64,000 bases of DNA, from the NCBI GenBank assembly GCA_023515725.1, contig JALDTO010000251.1, positions 1-64,000 on the forward strand. Reading direction: 5' to 3'. A program made the position numbers and the translations under genes. This stretch comes from Amoeboaphelidium protococcarum X5 (Eukaryota > Fungi > Aphelidiomycota). This document shows, one piece after another, positions 52,866 through 64,000 of this stretch. The notes below the pieces were generated by a model, which had not been told where the DNA came from, ran no database searches, and was given only the letters and a program-made list of their open reading frames with translations. Position 1 is the first letter of the stretch. Each line of letters starts with the position of its first letter.

Positions 52866-53780
52866 TCAAACAGTAACCTTGACGCGTTCCTGGTGGCTCT
52901 GGGCGGCAACATTGTCAGTAGGCAGCACAGATGTGAAAGACTCACCGCTGTTCAGAGCACCAGCCTTCTTGGACCATCCCTCACGGCTCTTGTAGTAGAA
53001 ATTCTCCAAGATCACATTGACCAGGATGATAGCACTAAAGATTAGGGCAATCACACCAGCAGTCAGACTGGCACCATAGATTGCAGGCTCAACATCTCTG
53101 TTCCACTTCTGGCTGATAGCAACGAAAGCCCATCCCACGATACCGACAGGGATGGGATCCAACGCAATGGAAGACAGAACGGAACTCAACGCCACAACCA
53201 TAATGTAACCAGCAATGGCACCGCTGATGTATGCACTCTCAGCCTTGGTAGCAACGACCCACAGATTGACAAAAGTGGCAACCAGAGTCCAGCCAAAGTA
53301 GAAGCGCCATCCACACAGCACGAAATACTCCAAGTAAGAGTCAGCAGGGGAGAAACGACGCACCAGACGGATGTAGATGATGCTGTTGGTGAGCAAGATC
53401 AGGATCAAAAAGACCAAAGCTGCAGCAGTCTGCTCATACTACCACACAAAGATCCAACAAATGTTAAAGATGAAATTAAGCAATGGAATCACACCCAGAC
53501 CAAAGTTGAGTGGCGCAGAATCGTAAGTGGAAGGACGCAGCTGGTGGATTCCGTAAACAGCAAGCAGAGCATAGATCAGACCCCAAATGGAGAAAGCATA
53601 GCCAGCAGGAGTGAAGTAGGTCAGATTACGATCAGAAATTTCACCAGTATTGGTGTTGTTAAGCCTCAGCGATTGAGTCAGGCCATTCACCAGAAAGACG
53701 GCGATCAAAAACACAAAGATTACCACTCTAAAGGGAGCAACGTAGCTTCTTGGAACAGTTGTCACAGTAGGAATTGCCAT
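52866..53780 (-). CDS. TspO/MBR-related multi-pass membrane protein, 304 aa
   Basis: YFTPAGYAFSIWGLIY, NFIFNICWIFVW, FYFGWTLVATFVN. The two ORF fragments join through TAG=Gln. Confidence 0.8.
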
Positions 53781-54658
53781 ATTATTCTTTTATTGGATTG
53801 ATGATTGCTTCAAAAGAATATTACAACAAATATTAATATAAATCACAATTTAGCGATAAGGAGAAAAGAGAGAAGTTGGACCAGACGCGGAGTTCTAACT
53901 AGATGCGTCAGATTGGAAGTATTACGTCATTGGATCACTTACCAAATCACACGCGATTCGCTGGTGGCTTTCGATGGAACGGCGCGTTGGTTCAAACAGG
54001 GACTGATTTACTATGATGTCATAAGATGTGTATAGTATTAGCAGTTTGAATAAAAACGCGTATAGTATGTTTCTAAAAGTCTATAATCAAATGGTAATGA
54101 AGAAAGTGTTTCTACTTGCGGATACGGTGTGTGAGTCACTCTCCGCAATCACTTTTATTGATCAAATGGTTCAGGCATGGATATATCAATTTCACGTTCT
54201 TTGCGTTGCGAGATTCATTATGATATCTTAGAATGTCATAGTGCCCAGTCAAATAATCGCCCTATTTAAATGATGATACAGTAGACAATGGGAGTTTGAA
54301 TCGTGTTTTTCGTATGCGATCGACGGCTCATTATATACGCGTAAATTGATCAAGTTCAACTTCTGAGTACTATACACGTCTTCAATTAAAATATAATTAA
54401 GAGAAATATTTCAATATTAGATAATATATATTGTGGGTGACTTGACTTACGTATTCTTAGCGCTAGATGGTCAATGAACAATCTCCCTCAGCACGCGCTC
54501 AGTAACAATGAAGTTTGCTTGAGATCACAAAAGAGCGAGTGCTGCGAAGGAATGACGAAATCTTTCCTTCTTTCTTTTCAGCCATTTATAATTGCCTTCT
54601 TAAGGTAAACCAAAAAGAAATCTAGTTCTCTCAAAGGTGATTATTATTAATATTAGTA

Positions 54659-56128
54659 ATGCTGAGAAAGTTAGCAAGTAGAGCCTTGGCCACTACATCT
54701 AATGCTGCACCTCCGAAAAAGACCAAATTCGGTCCGCTGAAGGATCAAGATCGTATCTTCACCAACCTATACGGTCAGTAGGACTGGAGGTTAAAAGGAG
54801 CGATGAAGCGTGGAGATTGGCACAAGACTAAAGAGATTCTGTTGAAGGGAGATAAGTGGATTATTGATGAAATGAAGAAGAGTGGTCTTAGAGGACGTGG
54901 TGGAGCTGGCTTCCCAAGTGGACTGAAATGGTCTTTCATGAATAAGCCTGGGTGGGAGAAGGATCCTCGCCCGAGATACCTGGTGGTCAATGCTGATGAA
55001 GGTGAGCCGGGAACTTGTAAAGACCGAGAGATTATGCGTCATGATCCTCATAAGCTTGTGGAAGGTTGTCTAGTGGCTGGACGTGCCATGAATGCCACAG
55101 CGGCTTACATCTACATCCGAGGTGAATTCTACAATGAGGCTAGTAATTTGCAGCAAGCCATTGATGAAGCGTATAAGAACAAGTTGATCGGTAAGAATAG
55201 CTGCGGTACTGGATATAATTTTGATATCTATCTGCATCGCGGTGCTGGTGCTTATATCTGCGGTGAGGAGACTGCTCTGATTGAGAGTTTAGAAGGTAAG
55301 TAAGGTAAGCCGAGATTAAAGCCTCCATTTCCAGCTGATGTTGGTCTATTCGGATGTCCAACCACTGTGGCTAATGTCGAGACTGTCGCAGTCGCTCCAA
55401 CTATCTGTCGCCGTGGAGGTGACTGGTTTGCATCTTTCGGTCGGGAGAGAAACTCTGGTACTAAGCTATTCTGTATCTCTGGACATGTTAACAATCCGTG
55501 CACAGTTGAGGAAGAGATGTCTATCCCTCTGCGTGAACTGATTGAGCGTCACTGTGGTGGAGTGCGCGGCGGATGGGATAATCTTCTGGCTGTGATTCCT
55601 GGTGGATCTTCTGTACCGCTAATGACGAAACCAATGTGTGATGATGTGTTGATGGATTTCGATTCTCTGAAGGATGTTGGCTCTGGTCTAGGTACAGCAG
55701 CAGTTATTGTCATGGATAAGTCGACAGATATTGTCGCTGCTATTGCGCGTCTATCTGCGTTCTATGCTCACGAGTCTTGTGGATAGTGTACGCCGTGCAG
55801 AGAGGGAACCACTTGGTTGAATAACATTATGAAGAGAATGGTGAAGGGAAATGCAGCTGTGCAGGAAATTGATATGCTATACGAGTTGACCAAGGAGATT
55901 GAAGGCCACTCCATTTGCGCGTTGGGAGATGCAGCGGCTTGGCCTGTGCAAGGATTGATTCGTCATCACCGTAAAGAGTTGGAGGATAGGATCAGGTCTT
56001 TTGGTAAGAATGTTGTTGGTGGAGTTGACCTCAGTGGTGATGCGCGTTCATCAAGTCTTGCCGTAAAGAACGAGACTGTCAGTAAGTTTTACGAATCACA
56101 CCCAAAGCCGTCATTGCCTTCTAATTGA
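54659..56128 (+). CDS. NDUFV1: NADH:ubiquinone oxidoreductase 51 kDa flavoprotein subunit, 489 aa
   Basis: [66 protein letters not shown][TAG=Q]CTPCREG. Confidence 0.97.
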
Positions 56129-57143
56129 CTTAACGTGTGACTTGATAATAATAAATGTATCTGACACTTTTAAATACTGCAAATAACTTCATGTTTTATC
56201 GACCCTCATGTGTAAGTAAAAACTGAATTAACTTTATAAAGCGTTACCTCGGACCTTAATTTTATCCATAACTATTGTGTGCTTATAGTTGCGTTAAAGT
56301 GTGCCTGAGACACATCGAATTCCGTGTCTGTTTGAAAGTAAAAAACTAATGCATAAAAACAATTGAAGAAACACACGTTCCCTTAGTAAAAGAATTAAAC
56401 ATCGTTTATATTTGACTAAAGCGCATTCTAGAATCGCTTAAAGGTTGGTCGTAATGGCTTTAAGGTTGAGAACTGTTAGTGCTATAAAGATTGAGTTTGA
56501 TAATTATCCTCGACTAATTGTTATAATAATTTTCTTAATATTACTTACTTATTGTGTTAATTTGTTCCATGTGGACATCTTTACTGGGTTCATTGAACAC
56601 TAACAGGACAGTGTCTATAACTTGACAGGCGTCCCTAATCAGCGCCTGTGATTGTTTGAATCATGAAACTACTGTAGTCTACTCTAATAAAATTAAAAAG
56701 CCTCTGTATGGCTTCAGAGAAATGCCGTGCATTCTCCGAATTACACATCTCATGAACCAGAAAATTGATACTCTGATAACTGGCACTGTACGATTATCTC
56801 AGTGAACAACACGTTTTACTGTCTAGCGACTTCATCGAGATCAACTGGAGTTCTAAGTATCACCCTATTCGCCACTTACGCTGTTTAATCAATAATTCTT
56901 TTGTTTTTAAGTTGCAGATTTTCACATCCAGATGAGTAATTTGAATATGTAGTATTCTCAATAATTCAATTTATGCCCATGATCGAATCATTGAATTCTG
57001 AGTGAATTGTGACACTTGCTAGAATCGTGATGATTAAAAGTTTGACGCGTAATCATTCGATCATCAAAATCATATAGAACGTATCATGAGCGTCACATCT
57101 CTTTTAGACTGCAAAAGTATCGTTGTTGTAACAGTAAGAAAAT

Positions 57144-58061
57144 ATGACTTCGCAAGAAATTCCATGGTAGGCCCAGGATCAGCCTGGCACTCAGCACAAG
57201 ATGACCCCGAAACCAATTACGGACAAGATCTTTGATGAGTACACTTAGCAGTGGACAGATTACAAGGCATCTGGCAAGTTGGCTGATAAGTGCGCCATCG
57301 TTACTGGTGGCGATTCTGGTATTGGTAAGAGTGTCGCTGCTTTGTTTGCCAAGGAGGGTGCCCATATCGCAGTAGTGTACAATGATAGCGACAAGGATGC
57401 TCAAGATACGAAACGTCTGGTAGAAGCAGAGTCTTATAATGGTCAGTAGCGCAAGTGTTTCCTGTTCAAGACTGATATTGGCTATGAGAACAACTGCCAA
57501 GATGTGGTGCAGCAGATTAGCGATGCGTTCAAGAGTGTTAATCAAAGCGGCAACATTGATATTCTAATCAACAATGCCGGCGAGTAGCATGTTGAAGAGG
57601 AGATTGAAAAGATGGAGGGTGATTTGGTGGAGAGAACTTTCCGCACTAACATTTTCGGTATGATCAACCTGTCTAAGCATGCTGTGTAGAAGATGCCTAA
57701 AGGTGGCAAGATTGTTAACTGCTCCTCAATCACCGCCTTCCGTGGTACCAAGATGTTGGTGGATTATTCGTCTACAAAGGGCGCGATCAACTCGTTCACC
57801 AGATCTCTGGCTCAGCAGCTGTCTAGCAGAGGAATCCGCGTTAATGCCGTTGCTCCTGGTCCAGTGTATACTCCTCTGATTGTCTCAACTATTGGCGGTG
57901 ATAAGTTGCAATCCTGGTTAGAGAAGAACGAGTAGAACGCCGTGGGACGTGTCGGATATCCAAGTGAGATTGCCACCTGCTTCGTGTTTTTGGCTTCGAA
58001 TGACTCGTCCTTTGTTACTGGACAAGTTCTGCTAGCCACCGGAAGTGTAGCTTAAGCATGA
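57144..58061 (+). CDS. Classical short-chain dehydrogenase/reductase (YhdF/YghA-like), 305 aa
   Basis: YKASGKLADKCAIVTGGDSGIG, NNAG, RTNIFG, catalytic YSSTK, IRVNAVAPGPVYTPL. Confidence 0.9.
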
Positions 58062-58428
58062 TTTTATTGCAAACCAGTAGGTGAATTGGAGGTTGAAGCT
58101 GTATGAACTATGAAATGAAATACTAAGATTGAATAAAATGATCCAGTGATACCAGCTTTATACGATCGTATCGATATTTAAAACGTTAACTGTATAGCGA
58201 CACTGATTGTCAATATCATTGATAACAGCTTGATATTGAACAGTGAATGCACAAAAATTATCACTGAGCAATGCTCATAAAGTCAAGTTGTAACAACAAC
58301 TGCGCTGGCGATTTTGCATTAGATTCGCGCACATGGCAACGGTGGATAAGCAGGATTAAAGGAATGACAGTTGCCGAAATTGGCTTTTTTCATGATGTTT
58401 CGGAAGTGAAATTCAATTGTTTACAGAT

Positions 58429-59976
58429 ATGTCAAAGATCGAGAATTATAGAGAGACTTTAAGGGCGTCTGCGATAACTTACTTTGGTGTTTTGGCGGTG
58501 TTCATCGGCCTAGGAGGTGCCATTGGACATGCAGTTGCCTATGATTCTCAAGTATATTATTTGTAAAACACCTATATATCGTCATGGTATGCTGCTATCT
58601 TCGGTCTGCTTGGATTAAATATTCTTCATCTGGTCCCAAGATAGTCTAATTAGTTATTCTTTTCCAGAGCGACTCAAGTCTTTAACGTGCTATTCGTCGC
58701 TTGGTGTGTGTGCAGTTTAGTAATCGGCGTTGTGTGCTACGGCCTGGTCAAAGATTGGAGTCCATTCTTGTGGTCATTGTCGGCTCTATTTGTATGCGGT
58801 GTATCTGTGCTGTAGTTGATCAGAAGTATTGAAGGTAGTGATGTGGACTCTTTGAATATCACCTAGTACCCACTCCAGCTCAAGCTTTTATCAGTCTTCA
58901 TTATAACTATTCAGGTAATCACGATCTTTATAAGTGGGTGTTTAAGTGCAGGTGCGATCTCTGCTGCTTATGCCAATTCATTCACTCCACCTGGTCGCGC
59001 CATTTCGGTGTATTTTGAAGGTATAAATCGCAATGTTACCGTTCAGCTAAACTGTATTGGTACACCATCTCCCTCTCTGCCTACTGTGTTCCTATTCTCA
59101 TCACCTGCTCATGGCATTGTTGACTTTTATGGCTTGCAGTATTATTTGAGTTCATATAATGGTAATGATCGTCGTGTGTGCTCTTTTGATCCGCCCGGCT
59201 TTGGATGGAGCACTGAAGTCAATCGTGGACAGGAGAGTAGCTTCGAACACAGCTACTAAATTATGAAGACCTCGGGTGAATCTGCACCGTGGCATGTTGT
59301 GGGATGGGGAGGAGGTGGCTCTACTGTAGCGTATCTAGCCTCTAAATACCCATCCGATATCAAATCTGCCACATTTCTGGAGTCTTATCCTCAGGGAATT
59401 GAGTTTGATTATTACGGAGTTTAGCAGTCGCTGGACTAGAATCAAGTTAGCGCGTATGCATCCAATTAAATTGTGCAGCGTTTATCGCTGTCTAAACTCA
59501 TAATCTCTCTAGCAATACCTTGGGGACTTATGAGTTTATTCGTGCCCATTCAACCGCAAGATCCAAACTACTACCCTGCTGAAAAGTGGACCGAGCTTAA
59601 GGTGTAGTCATGGAAGAGTAAAATGTGGATGTCACAATTAGAAGGACTGTTGCAGCAGTAGAAAACGGCTCCTCAAGATGATCCAATGGTGAAATTTGCT
59701 CCTCTGCCATCGAATGTACCAGTATTTGGAGTATATTGCAACGTTACTCAGTCGTGCCTGAGAGGATCTCGCAATCTGACTGGATAGGCTTGCGATGATC
59801 AAATCAAGCAGAATCTGTACTATAATGACAGAAAGTTTACAATGGTTCGTTCCCTCAGCGCCAATGCAACCATTGTTACTAATAACGACCTAAATTGTAC
59901 TCTGAGTCTGCCAGTGGCAAAACCGAAATTCACTGCTGAATCCCTAGCTGCGCTATACTCCAACCGTAATATATGA
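58429..59976 (+). CDS. Membrane-anchored alpha/beta-hydrolase-fold protein (probably catalytically inactive), 515 aa
   Basis: About 5 N-terminal TM helices, RVCSFDPPGFGWS, and a nucleophile elbow reading VVGWGGGG with no Ser. TGA at 59974-59976. Confidence 0.72.
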
Positions 59977-60045
59977 AGATTGATGATAGATGTTAAAGTG
60001 AATGCTAATAGATGAATGCTCACTTCATATCACAAATATTATCAT

Positions 60046-61166
60046 TCAAGCAGAGTGGGAGTAACCTTTTGGATGCTTTTAATAAAAATTCCAAGCAGAC
60101 TCAACAATCTTCTCCACAGATTTGTACTTTCTCTCCCAGCCAAGTACCTGCTCAGCTTTACTTGAACTAGCCACCAATACTGCCGCATCTCCAGCTCTCC
60201 TACATTATCATTCATTATTCGGTTATAATTGCTTAACAAAATATGATAGCGTGTTAGAATCATACCTCTTTTCAATAACAGCTGGGATTGGGTGGCCAGT
60301 AACTTTACGCGCAGCCTCGACAATCTCCTTCACAGTAAATCCTTAACCACTTCCAAGATTGAATTTATCACTCTTATTCTCTCTCACCATGTACTCCAAT
60401 GCCTTGATATGAGCAGTGGCAAGATCAGATACGTGGATATAATCACGAACACAGGTACCATCTTTTGTTGGATAATCATCACCATAAATTTTAATCTCCT
60501 TCCTCTTACCAAGTGGAATTTGAAGAATAACGGGAATAAGATGAGTCTCTGGTTCATGAAATTCACCAATCTCACCAGACTCGTGAGCTCCACAGGCATT
60601 AAAATAACGCAGACAGACACTCTTGATTCCATCAGCCTGATCGACCCAGTTCAAAATCTACTCCACCATGTACTTGCTCTCACCATACGGATTCAGAGGA
60701 AAGACACGATCTCCAGCCTCAATAGGCATACGTTCAGGATCTCCAAACAGAGCAGCAGTGGAAGAAAAGATGAAATATTTAACACCATACTTTTTCATAG
60801 CTTGCAGTAGAGTGATAGTGGCAGATACATTATTCTCATAATACTCTAAAGGCTTCTCACACGACTCTGAAACTGAAATTGACGCACAGAAATGCATCAC
60901 AGCATCCGGCTTGTGAGTGGTGAACACCTTGTCCAAGAACTTGGCATCATTAATATTACCATGTTCAAAAGGGATCCCCTTAGGCAGAGCTTCTCTATGG
61001 CCAGCAGACAAGTTATCCAGGATCACCACTTAATACTTGGGATCCTCCATCATCTCCCTCACCAGATGACTTCCAATATACCCCGCACCTCCACACACCA
61101 AAACCTACACTCCATGCAGAAATTATTTCAGATCTTCCGCTCTAAAAATAATGAAAATACCTTCAT
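60046..61166 (-). CDS. galE: Second UDP-glucose 4-epimerase, bacterial-type (introns 61105-61160, 60200-60265)
   Basis: MK|[47 protein letters not shown]...[27 protein letters not shown]|[11 protein letters not shown]. Confidence 0.9.
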
Positions 61167-61584
61167 TGTTGATTAATTAACGCTTTGAATATTCAAAAAA
61201 GGTGCCAGACTCTACAATGACTGTAGTAAAGACTCCTGTTAAGAAACCGTGAAGAGGAACGAGAGCAGCGCAAAGACAATTGCAGAAACGACCAGGCGGA
61301 AAGTGTTTCGCTCCATTCACTTTCACTTTCACAGTCTCACTCTCTCTCTCTGTATCTCTTGCTGTCTCTCACAAGGAATAAGAAAGAGTTAATGATAGCG
61401 CTCGCACTTTCTGTTGTCTTTAATGAGTGGAAAGTGAAACGGAATAAAAGATACATTGAACACGCGGAGAAGGACTCCCATTTGAAAGATGATCAATATC
61501 AAAGGAAAGTAAAAACAAAAGTTTAAAGAATTTCCATATATTAATCACGAGAATTACTGCAGAGATAGATAATCAATCAATCAA

Positions 61585-62424
61585 TCAATCTCTAGCCATG
61601 TCGTACTTGATCTTGGCAATCGCTTTACCAGGTGCTAATCCCTTAGGACAAGTGACGACACAACTCATGATGGTGTGACATCTGTAGACTGAGAATTCAT
61701 CTTGCAACTTGGCGCGACGCTCCTTGGCGAAATCATCACGCGAGTCGCTCATCCAACGGTAGGCTTGCAGTAGAGCAGCCGGTCCCAAATACTCTTACTA
61801 ATTCCACCAGTACGATGGGCAGGATGTTGAGCAGCAGGCACACAGAATACACTCATACAGGCCATCGAGCTTCTTACGATCTTCAATAGATTGCAGATTC
61901 TCCTTGCTCAAATCCTTTGGTGGATCCCTCTGCTTCAAGTATGGTTCGATCGAGCGATACTACTTGAAGAAGTGAGTCAAGTCAGGCACCAGATCCTTGA
62001 CAACATACATGTGAGGCAGTGGATAGATCTTCTGAGGCTTGTCACTGTCCACTTTAATGCGAGAGAGACAGGCCAGAGTATTACGACCATCAATGTTCAT
62101 GGCACAACTACCACAGATTCCCTCTCTGCATGAGCGCCTGAATGTCAGCGATGGATCATCTTCATTCTTGATCTTGATCAGAGCATCCAGGACCATGGGG
62201 CCACAGTTGGCAGTGTCCACCTCATAAGTCTGCATGTGCGGCTTCTTTTCCGGCTCATGTGGATTCCAGCGGTAGATTTCAAACTTTTTTATTTTTGGAG
62301 CCTTGGTGGCAGTGTCTGGACGAGTGTCCTTACTAGTGGCTAGTGCTCTATTCAAGACTAGATTACTAGTTTTTATTAGTTGATTCTTGGCAATGGTTTT
62401 GCTAATAGCTGATTTTATCATCAT
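61585..62424 (-). CDS. SDHB: Succinate dehydrogenase iron-sulfur subunit, 279 aa
   Basis: [68 protein letters not shown]. Confidence 0.97.
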
Positions 62425-63061
62425 GACGTAAGTGACTGGTTGGTCGGTAGGAAAAGATTGTGAGGAAAGAAGGCTGATTGGAGCTGATGATTTCTTTTCA
62501 CGCGGTTTATACTGAATTCTGAAAAAATTTGATCAATCGCTTGGTTGAAACGTGTATGTTGGTTGATCATCAATGTCCAGAGACGCTGATGAACCACTTG
62601 TCAAATTTCCAAAAACTTATAGGATACTTAAAGATTTCTGCTTCTTAATGTAGATCATATTGAAAAATATCATTTTTACGTGGAGAAAAACTTTTAATCA
62701 AAGCACCATTGTATCATTGTGAGATGGAACATCAATCAGCTTACCACATCAAATCACTAAGTGTTAAAAACGCATTATTAACAAACTGTTCTATTACAGA
62801 CAATATTCATAAGAAGGCAGTATATGAAAGTGCTTCAATTACGCAAGTTCTCCAATATCTTATATACCTCCAGTAATCACGATCAATCAACACAATCAGT
62901 AGAATCCATCAGTTAAAAGCCTCTTGTGCTAATTCTACATATCAAAGGTGAATATTCAAATTCTTAACATAGAGCGTCACAACGACAATCGTAGACTTAA
63001 TCACTACGAAAGAAAGGACCAACACTTAATCCCATAATAGGCCTTGAGTAGCACAAAATTT

Positions 63062-64000
63062 TCAGATTTCAAGAGGAAGAAAATACTTAAAAGCCCCTAT
63101 CAAAATCGTCAATACAGCAAATTTACCGGCTCCGACTACCTTACTTGACTCGCATAATAAACCCCAGACATATAATAAAAGAACTAATCCAGCTAATATG
63201 AAGGAAAAGACTAAAATCTAGCCCCTACTCGGTCTCATAGCGCAGAGAAAGAGCAGAATCAACCCAGCTATGTTGTAAAATAAACCATACACTATCATCT
63301 ATTCATTTCGTCCTAAATTAAGTGATTGTAGCATATACATAGCTTCTACCAAAAAAGCAAAACTCATTCCAAAACCAATCCACGAGGCAATATTGCCAGA
63401 CACCTCATTCTATTGTTGTGACGCATTAGTCGAGAAATAAGCAAATAAGCCAGTGCTAACGAACAGTAGACCAGTCTTACATAAAGACACTACATTCTAG
63501 AATACTGGAACACAAAAAACTACGATAAATGAGGTTATTGCCAGAAAGAGACAAAAATCGCGCAACAAACTGACAGCAACCTATTAATTCCATGACACGC
63601 AGAGATTTTAGAATTTAAGTCTGCGATATATTTCAAGCCGAACTTTAGCAATATAGCACAGATAAACCCCGAATAACACAAACAAGTCCACAAATAATCC
63701 TTTAAAGACACAAAGCCCAAAGACATGCAATAACTTCACCAGCATAAAACACAATTAGACTAATAGTGACACAAATACAACCAAACAGAAACGTTATGGT
63801 GACAAAGACATGCCGATTATTATTGCAAATATGTCGACAAAATAATGCGGCTGCAAATAGAAGAGAATGCCAATCAAGGTTACTTGCCGTGATAACACCG
63901 CCTCTATGTAACCAAGACCTATGAACAACAGCGATATATAGACGCAACAACATAATAGAAGAGCGTTTTAATACAGCTTTAAATATCTTATGTCAGGACT
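63062..64000 (-). CDS. Uncharacterised polytopic membrane protein, 5'-truncated by the window edge (>=312 aa)
   Basis: Frame is open in table 6 from 64000 to TGA 63062-63064 and is almost continuously hydrophobic. No recognisable family motif. Confidence 0.55.

Overview
This is a compact, gene-dense eukaryotic nuclear region in which TAA and TAG encode glutamine and TGA is the only stop (translation table 6). That is why the supplied standard-code ORF track is broken into fragments. Invariant Gln residues are encoded by TAR in conserved motifs, for example ABC signature SGG[TAG]RKR, NDUFV1 SCG[TAG]CTPC, DMC1 GKT[TAA]LSH and PhoD GD[TAA]LYND. The genes look fungal/holomycotan (Spg1/Tem1, Nto1-like, Mim1-like, myosin II) and introns are 50-68 nt GT-AG. 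Together these point to an aphelid such as Amoeboaphelidium protococcarum (inference). Re-reading by hand in table 6 gives about 27 genes, mostly housekeeping. The standout is an intact 759-aa Fanzor1-type (eukaryotic TnpB-derived, RNA-guided RuvC nuclease) ORF at 16-2295. It is recoded with about 22 TAR-Gln codons, so standard-code mining would miss it, and it is followed by three hairpins that are a candidate omegaRNA. Other items of interest are a Crinkler-like NTPase + restriction-endonuclease-fold protein, a meiosis-specific DMC1, an intron-containing bacterial-type second GalE, several apparent pseudo-enzymes, and recurrent TAR codons just before the true TGA stop. All translations were done by eye and no database searches were run.
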